NCBI RefSeq assembly: GCF_032444005.1 | Contig: NC_091289.1 | Span: 178,932,001-178,996,000, forward strand | Direction of reading: 5' to 3' | DNA from: Ranitomeya imitator | Lineage: Eukaryota | Length of the DNA: 64,000 bases | In this document: positions 56,101 to 64,000 of the stretch, piece by piece | How positions within the stretch are numbered: the first letter of the stretch is position 1 | How the letters are laid out: each line of letters opens with the position of its first letter | Translations under genes and position numbers: made by a program | Notes under the pieces: model-generated | Told to the model about the DNA's origin: nothing | Databases searched by the model: none | The model's input: only the letters and a program-made list of their open reading frames with translations

Positions 56101-59100
56101 AGAACCAAAATTGTTGAAAAATATCAACGATCCCAAAGTTACAAGTCCATCTCCTGAGATCTTTATGTTCCCTTTGTCCACGATGTGCAACATAATCAAG
56201 AAGTTTACAACCCATGACACTATAGCTAACCTCCCTGGATGTGGACAGCAGAGAAAAATTGAAAGGTTGCAACGCAGGATAGTCCAGATGGTGGATAAGC
56301 CCCAATCAAGGTCCAAAGAAGTGCAAGCTGTCCTGCAGGCTCAGGGGTGCATCAGTGTCAGCGCAAACTATCCGTCAACATTTGAATGAACTGCTATTGT
56401 AGGAGACCCAGGAGGGCCCCACTGCTGACACAGAGACCTAAAAAAATAGAATGCAGTTTGCCAAAATGTATGTAAGCCAAAATCCTTCTGGGAAAGCATC
56501 TTCTGAACAGATGAGACCAAAATAGAGCTTTTTGGTAAAGCACATCACGCTACTGTTTACCAAAAATGGAATGTGGACCATGAAGAAAAGAACACAGTAC
56601 CTACAGTCAAATATGTTGGAGGTTCAATGATGTTTTGTTGCCTGTGGCTCTGGGTGACTTGACTGTGCAACATGTTTAGATAAAAACTGGAATGGCAATG
56701 AACACTATGGTGTCTTATCCAGATTACAAACGATAGATTAAAGGGAACCTGTCACCCCGTTTTTTCAGTAGGAGATAAAAATACCGTTAAATAGGGCCCT
56801 GAGCTGTGCTTTACAATAGGGTCTTTTTTGTCCCCTGATTTTACCTATGCTGCCGAAATACCTTACAAAAGTGGCCTTTTTGGCCTGTCAATCAGGCTGG
56901 TCAGGTCGGATGGGCGTGGTCACAGCGCTGTTTCTCCCCCACATCTTGCTTATGTTCCCGTTGGTGGCGTAGTGCTTCTCGCATGCGCAAGTGCCGAATG
57001 CACTGCGCAGCTGCAGAAAAAGAGCGCGCTCGCCGCTATTCAGCGGTTTCTCGGTGGGCGCGGCCATCTTCCTGAGGCCGCGCGTGCGCAGATGGAGTCT
57101 CCTACTTCCCGGGGCTTCAGGAAAATGGCCGCGGGATGCCGCGCGTGCGCAGATGGACATCGCGGCGGCCATATTCCTGAAGCCGAGATTCGAACTTGGC
57201 TTCAGGAAAATGGCCGCCGCGATGTCCATCTGCGCACGCGCGGCATCCCGCGGCCATTTGCCTGAAGCCCCGGGAAGTAGGAGACTCCATCTGCGCACGC
57301 GCAGCCTCAGAAAGATGGCCGCGCCCACCGAGAAACCGCTGAATAGCGGCGAGCGTGCTCTTTTTCTACAGCTGCACTACTTGCGCATGCGAGAAGCACT
57401 ACGCCACCAACGGGAACATAAGCAAGATGTGGGGGAGAAACAGCGCTGTGACCACGCCCATCCGACCTGACCAGCCTGATTGACAGGCGAAAAAGGCCAC
57501 TTTTGTAAGGTATTTCGGCAGCATAGGTAGGGAATCAGGGGACAAAAAAGACCCTATTGTAAAGCACAGCTCTGGCCCTATTTAACGGTATTTTTATCTC
57601 CTACTGAAAAAACGGGGTGACAGGTTCCCTTTAAAGTGGGCTGTGCTCACCTGAGGGGGTTGTGAAAGTCACAACCCCTTTATTAGTTATTAAGCAGAGT
57701 TGGCTGCTACAGATCCACCAAACAGATAGCAAGCAAAGTTGGAGATGAAAGTGGATATAAAACCCGCAAAGCCGAGGATCCAATATACAATAGGAAACCA
57801 GATGAGATATGGATGCGGTTTTGTCAACGCGTTTTAAGGCGATCATACCTCTTCATAAGGACTAACCACAATGATCACCTTGAAATGCATTGACAAATAA
57901 CCAGCTTGTTTATGGTTATAGGAAGCGATTTGATCGCAGTTATTTATACCAGAGGGTGTGCAAATAAATATTTAAGATGAGGGTGCCATCATTTTTGTCC
58001 AACCCATTTTTGGGATTTTGTGTAAAATTATGTCCAAATTGCCTTTTTTTTTTCTGATTTTTCATTGTGTTGTTCCAGTACACAAAAAGGAAATAGGCGT
58101 GTATATAACAAAACGTGTAATTGAATAATTTTCTGGGAGAAATATTTCATTTTCCGGAACAATTTTCATGGTGCCAACACTTTTGGCCATGACTGTTTTA
58201 TAGAATACAATTAGATATAATGGCTGTACAAACCGCATCACACATAGTAGGACACACAGGATTAGATACAGCAAATAGTAGCACACAGGATTTGATTATA
58301 TGATCGGATTAGGTACAGTATCACAAATGATTGGATTACATATAGCAGCTCAGCAGACGGTAGCACACAGGATTAGATACAGCAAACAGAATCATACAGG
58401 ATTGGATTAGGTACAGTATCACAAATGATTGGATTAGATACAGCAGCTCAGCAGACAGTATCATGGATGACTAGATTAGATGCAGTGTTTTGACATCTGC
58501 TCAGTCTCATAAGCCGCTGTTGGATCTTGTTTTCTAGCGACGTCTCATTCGTGGTGGGGAAGCAGCGGCAGGTGGTCCACGCTCATCGCTGTATCCTGAT
58601 GTGTCGCTGTAAAGTCTTCCACAGAATGTTCAGCGGGCAGCTGAAGGCAGCGCAGACCCCCCAGGAGATGCAGGTCCCCTTCGTGTTGGCAGACGTTCAG
58701 CCTGAGGTTTTCCTGGCAGTCATAGAGTTCATCTACACCAGCAGTGTGACGCTGGACAGTGTGATAGTGAGTATCTGGACAGATTGTACTGCACAACAGG
58801 CAGATCGGGGTGCACAGGGGGATATAGACCTCACTACAATGTGCAAGTGTGACTTTTCACTGATACACTGTAACCAGCTCTCTGCTGTGCACGCAGGAAA
58901 TGATCAGGATCAGTAGCGTAACTTGAAACTTGTGGGCCCCAATGCAAATTCTCTACCTGGGCCCCCAACTATCATGGGTCTTTAATTGTAAAAGTCTTTA
59001 CATATGGGCCATAGGGATCCTTTGGGTTCCTTGAGGCTGCAGAGCCAAGGTGCGATTGCAACCCCTGCACCTATTATACCTATGCTCCTGACATCAAGGA

Positions 59101-61447
59101 GACATCATAAAAATACTGACAAATTAGAAAGTTGCAGAACTTTTCATTGTTTAAGTTCTTTGACTCCCCCCATTATGGGTATTTATGGTGGCAGGTGGTG
59201 CAGTGGGCACATATAGTCTATGAGATGTGTAGCATGGTGGCTTCATTGCACAGCACTTCCAGCATAAGACGATCTTTGACTCTTCAATCTGGTGGGTAGG
59301 GTGGATAAAAATCAATGTTTTTTTTTTAAACAAATCAAAAAAATCGGATTTTTTTTATTTAAATCGGATTTTTTTTATTTAAATCGGATTTTTTTCAATA
59401 AACTGCTTTTTGAGGAAAATATTTTACCATCCAAAGGTTCTTCCATCATGAGATAAAGCTGAGTTGTTTAACTCAGTAGAATAAAGGCTGTATATGTGTA
59501 ACATTCACAATGCCATGCTCTTCCAGAGGTTTCTGTAGGATTAGTGGGCAGTTTCTCTCCTATATTATCACAGACGCTCGCTTTACTTACGCAGTTCTCA
59601 AAACTGAATTTGACTCCGCAGAGGTCCCAGTCATCTTCATCACCGCACTTCTCATGATGTTGCCTCATTCGCGCCACCAGGCCTTGCATATCTCTTTGTT
59701 GCATCGTTTGCATTTTGCACGCATGCCTGCCTTACCGATAGGCGAAGGAGCTTCATTAAAATATTCCCAAACTGGGTCTCTTTTACGGCCAGCTGCCATT
59801 ATAAGGAAAGAATGTAATAAACCTCAGATCGTACACACAAACAGATCCAGACTTGTCTGTCTGTGGCTATGCTGCAGTATTGTGCTCAAAGTTTCATTTT
59901 CATTTTCTTGTCTGCTTGCCCTTCCTCCTCCTCACACTTAGATTCACATTCTTCTTGTGTTGTGCAGATCTATTCCACTCCAAACAATCAGAAACATATT
60001 GTCTAACTTCTTGGACTTGGCACTGAAGGGGTTGATTCTGTATTCATAGGTTTGTAGAACAATAGGATTAAGGTCTTTTTTTCTCAACTCTGTTCATGTT
60101 GTAACATTTTTGCTGTGAAGAAGAGGCTGGGACCTCTGCGGAGTCAAATTCAGTTAGGTAGAAACTTTGATTTAAATCACTGATTTAAATCAAGCCTTAC
60201 TGACTAGTGATTTAAATCGTGATTTAAATCAGTTAGATTTAAATCAAATCCACCCTGCGGGTGACTATCCAATTAAAATGATCTGGATCATTGTACATCT
60301 GGATTGGTGAGTGAGGATGAATCGTGAATCGGGTGGCTCAGGATGAACAGACTTCTAGCTCCCTCCCATATAAATCTGCAGAGCAGGGAATAATGGGAGA
60401 ACACAGACTATAAATGATTAGAAGACAAGTCCTCTTTCAGTTGTGACATTCTTTTTCCGCCGCGGTGACCTGCGGTAATTCACTTGCATGGCGGCCGCCT
60501 GGACGTGCATCCTCTCTGTGCTGCAATAGTGCAGGAAGCGGCTGCAATAAAGGGGTTGAATTATTTCTTCCCATTTTTGCACTTCCGCTTTTATACTCTA
60601 AAATGAAATCACAAGCAAAAAAAAAAGGTTAATGATGGTGGGGGGCATTTATACCGGCCCATAGCCTCAGTGCCGCTCCTATGAGTTCTTCATTCTTCCT
60701 CTCAGGTTCTTACAAGTATCATTCCGCTTATATCCGTCTCTAGGAAAGATGGGTGAGTAACAATATGGCGGACATTACAGATTTCTTATAAGCAGATCTA
60801 TGGCCGGGTGACAACTTTGTAACGGGGGGTGCAGGGAGGTGTCCATATTGGTTGGCTGTCACTTTGCAGATGCCGATGACCCCAGGTCTGATATTTATCA
60901 TGGATGACTTTCTTGATTTTACTGGAAGTTTTGTGTTGCACAGATCTGTGTCATAAGGTGACGGACATTGTACAATCGCACTAAAAATAAAAAGTTACAC
61001 AAGATGTTGTAGACAGAGGCCATTACTCCATTCTACAGTACAAAAGCCGGGGGTCCGACAGGAGACCAGATGGGTTAATATTCGGAGACTTGTTGTGTGA
61101 CCCCTGAAGAAAAATACTGCCTTATGACAGCAAAAAGCAAATCCAGCGTTATATTTAAAGGGTTTGTCCACTTCCTACAAACTTTCCGTCAGGCCTACTA
61201 GATAGTATGGAGAATGATAAAAGGGGGTCTCCATTACACCACATTAGGGGGATGCTACAATGAGCCAATGGACCTGACAAGTTCATATATAAAACCAATA
61301 TGGTCACACACTTACATTGGTCACTCGCCGGCGCTCTGTGCTCATTCGGTCAGGTCAATCATGTCACATGTATTAACCCTTTATCTTCTGCAGGCATTGG
61401 AAGTTCTCACTGCCGCCGTAGAGTACGGGCTCACAGACCTGAGAAAG
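53114..61447 (+). CDS. btbd19: BTB/POZ domain-containing protein 19, exons 1-3 (partial; the gene continues beyond the window)
   Basis: Exons 53114-53211 (MSHPPEKV...ALRGLINNAQF), 58538-58766 (SDVSFVVGKQRQVVHAHRCILMCRC...FLAVIEFIYTSSV) and 61394-61447 (ALEVLTAAVEYGLTDLRK) join in frame with GT-AG sites. They match BTBD19 as recalled (ALRSLVNNPRYSDVCFVVG...AHRCLLACRC...EVLTAAVEYGL), and synteny agrees. Confidence 0.92.
53703..53720 (-). promoter_or_regulatory. CTCF-like motif (GCCGAGGGGGCGCTG on the minus strand)
   Basis: Match to the CTCF core; function untested. Confidence 0.25.
54172..54561. repeat. 27-bp GC-rich tandem repeat (GTCGCTGCTCTTGTGGGCGCTGCGACT)n, about 14 copies, followed by degenerate related repeats to about 55340
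   Basis: Directly visible. The unit is a multiple of 3 and lacks stops in several frames. Confidence 0.92.
55840..58195 (+). mobile_element. Decayed Tc1/mariner element in btbd19 intron 1, interrupted by a TTAA palindromic MITE
   Basis: Transposase remnants MENRKRRELNDDLRTKIVEKY..., TDETKIELFG and KNTVPTVKYVGGSMM with stops and frameshifts. The right TIR is GGTGCCAACACTTTTGGCCATGACTG and the degraded left TIR is TA|CAGTTATGGCAAA. Confidence 0.8.
56742..57630. mobile_element. 889-bp near-perfect palindromic MITE of Kolobok/T2 type
   Basis: TTAA | AGGGAACCTGTCACCCCGTTTTTTCAGTAGGAGATAAAAATACCG...CGGTATTTTTATCTCCTACTGAAAAAACGGGGTGACAGGTTCCCT | TTAA, with the symmetry centre at about 57186. Confidence 0.92.
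58240..58485. repeat. Degenerate copies of the 41-bp minisatellite family directly upstream of btbd19 exon 2
   Basis: GGATTAGATACAGCAGCTCAGCAGACAGTATCA motifs. Confidence 0.7.
59297..60257. mobile_element. Probable old hAT-like non-autonomous element in btbd19 intron 2
   Basis: TAGGGTGGAT...ATCCACCCTG ends with subterminal GATTTAAATC arrays at both ends; no clear TSD. Confidence 0.5.
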
Positions 61448-61545
61448 GTAATTCTGAGGATTGTGGGGTGGTATCAGATAAAAATGATGTTTTTTGTAAT
61501 GATGGTGGGTGAAAAATCTTTTCTAATTCTCAGTATAACCATTTA

Positions 61546-62128
61546 GAACAGAATAGTGAGTGCAGCTCTGGAGTATAATATAGAATGTAACTCTGGATCA
61601 GTAATGTAATGTATGTACACAGTGACTGCACCAGCAGAATAGTGAGTGCAGCTCTGGAGTACAATACAGGATATAACTCCGGATCAGTAATGTAATGTAT
61701 GTACACAGTGACTGCACCAGCAGAATAGTGAGTGCAGCTCTGGAGTATAATACAGGATATAACTCAGGATCAGTAATGTAATGTATGTACACAGTGACTG
61801 CACCAGCAGAATGGTGAGTGCAGCTCTGGAGTATAATACAGGATGTAACTCAGGATCAGTAATGTAATGTATGTACACAGTGACTGCACCAGCAGAATAG
61901 TGAGTGCAGCTCTATACAGGATGTAACTCAGGATCAGTAATGTAATGTATGTACACCGTGACTGCGCCCAGCAGAATAGTGAGTGCAGCTCTGGAGTATA
62001 ATACAGGATGTAACTCAGGATCAGTAATGTAATGTATGTACACCGTGACTGCGCCCAGCAGAATAGTGAGTGCAGCTCTGGAGTATAATACAGGATGTAA
62101 CTCAGGATCAGTACAGGATCAGTAATAT
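61546..62128. repeat. 86-bp minisatellite (…CAGTAATGTAATGTATGTACACAGTGACTGCACCAGCAGAATAGTGAGTGCAGCTCTGGAGTATAATACAGGATATAACTCAGGAT…), about 6.5 copies
   Basis: Directly visible; repeated ORF calls are offset by 86 nt. Confidence 0.93.
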
Positions 62129-64000
62129 AATGTTGGAGTAAAGTATTTCTTGGATCTTCCAATTTTTTGCCTTGGGGATATTTTTTGAGCCTCCTGTCTA
62201 GCAATGAGAATTCTTCACATGCCACTAGAGATTACTGAATTCCTCACTGTCAGGCGCTTTTACTTAGAGGTTTGATGTGCTGCAGAAATGCCGTTATCGC
62301 TGAGTGCAGGTGTGTGCAGTGCAGGGTAATGTTCTGCTGGTCTGGTCCCTGAAGGTAAAAGAGATCTTATTTCCCTTTCTTCCACACTAACTTTATTTGA
62401 AACCCCTCTTTAAGATTTGGTGATCACAATGATTGACTATTTCAGTGAGATGACCCGCTGCGTCTCTTCACAATATCTTTGTATAATGAAAAGTTTTCCA
62501 ACCTTCTAGAAAAACTTTGTCCCCGTTTCATCAAGGCTAACATTTTGTGTTAAAGCCTTTGTTTATTTTTATGAATGATAGGAAGGAGAAACTGAGTGTG
62601 CAGAGATTTATCCATCTTGAGACTGTATAGAAGTTTCAAGATGGTGCTTCAGTATATAGGTGGAGTGGGCATCTCAGGAAATGCAGTGTGTGAGGTGTGG
62701 GACAAACGGCCATGACTCTTGAGAAATGTAGTTGAGAGTCACAGAATGAGAAGTGGCAGGACGTTCAGGATGTAGACAATAAATCCCGCAAAGATGTCTG
62801 CGGGCAGGTAAAAATAAAGGTGGCAGGGTTCTTAGAGGGCTTTTTATAGGAATCGTGTTTGTTTGTTTTTTTGTGCCCAGAAATTCACTATAAAAATGGT
62901 AAGTAGCTGACACACAAAGTTGTTAGAAAGTTGTGGAAAGTGTTATTACACAGGAATAAGCGGTGTACAACTAGAAGAAAAAAGCTTCTCACTTGTAGTT
63001 GAATTTAATGTAATAATTGCAGCTGATTCTTCCTGTGAGAATCTGTATCCAGGATCCTATTAATAATCCGACAGGAAATGACCGACGTCTGGGACCGAAC
63101 TGTACACACAGCTGCTTGCCCCATACTGACAGCTCCTGTCAATGTGCTGCTATCAGTCATGTATAACAATGCAACGTATGTGTTATATACTGTGTATATC
63201 ATATCCTGTGTATGGTGTGGATTATATACTGTTGCGCCTTTGTTTTTTCTTCCCATACGTCCAAGAGTCATAACTTTTTGTTTTCGCCATCGAAACAGAC
63301 GTATGAAGGTTTTACTTTTGCAGGACGAGTTGTAGTTTTGACCGACACCAATCAGTTTGCTTCATAATGTCCTGAAAAACAGGGAAAAATTCAGTCTAAA
63401 TAAATCAAGATCTTTTGAACATTTTTTAGTCATTTGCAGATCAATAGCTCGTCTGTGCATTCTTTGATTTCCATCATTCCGCAATGTTTTCTTCTTGGTG
63501 TTGCCGTTGGGGTGTTGGGGACCCACTACATCTAAATGCCTCTGTCTGTGATTGATGGTGGCACCTAAATGGTTAAACAGCAGTGATTGGAGTTATCCCT
63601 GTGTCCTGTGTTACCGGCAGACTCCGGGTCCATAATTTTACCGTGAGAATATCGCCGTGATATTACGAGGAGACTTCTATGAATATTATCATACTCCTGT
63701 GCATGAAGCGCTGAAGATGAAAGTGAAAACGCCAGTAAATGACCCACACCTAGGAGTCTGATCTGGGCTGTAGGCGTCTGTAATTAGCTCTAGATGTCAG
63801 GAAACCTCAATGTCTCTGCTTATAACCCAGGGATGGAAAGATAGAGGTGAGACGTCTTTATCCAGGGGGAAGCAACCTAGCGGGGTCACGCTGCACACCC
63901 CCACGCAGGACACACGATCCACGGCCTCTCGTCCCGCTGTTTGTATACGATTCACACCAGCTACATACTCACTTTCATTTTTTACGTATGTCTCCATTTT

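Noticed and set aside
61448-64000. Search for btbd19 exon 4 (expected LCxxF...VCEALQ-like, about 60 nt)
   Set aside because: No matching exon with valid splice sites was seen; it is presumed to lie beyond the window end.

Overview
This is vertebrate genomic DNA, most likely an anuran (inferred from the repeat landscape), not a prokaryotic locus. It holds three recognisable genes in the human 1p34 order. plk3 (+) is complete, with 15 coding exons from 31490 to 41255, 646-647 aa, and a GC-AG intron 4. dynlt4/tctex1d4 (-) has a single coding exon at 47342-48034. btbd19 (+) has exons 1-3 in the window and continues beyond it. The rest is mostly transposons and tandem repeats: an apparently intact and very young Tc1/mariner element (5351-6962), decayed Tc1 copies, CR1, L2 and RTE LINE fragments, and many PIF/Harbinger, hAT and TTAA (Kolobok/T2-like) MITEs, often nested 3-4 deep. 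A 6.7-kb 30/32-bp satellite ends about 200 bp upstream of the plk3 ATG. I see no evidence of a wholly new multi-gene system. The best leads are the intact Tc1, an overlapping out-of-frame uORF on plk3, the satellite abutting the plk3 promoter, mirror-image 41-bp arrays between the divergent dynlt4 and btbd19 genes, a candidate poison exon in btbd19, and the GC-AG intron at the kinase catalytic loop. All coordinates were read by eye; no alignments or database searches were run.
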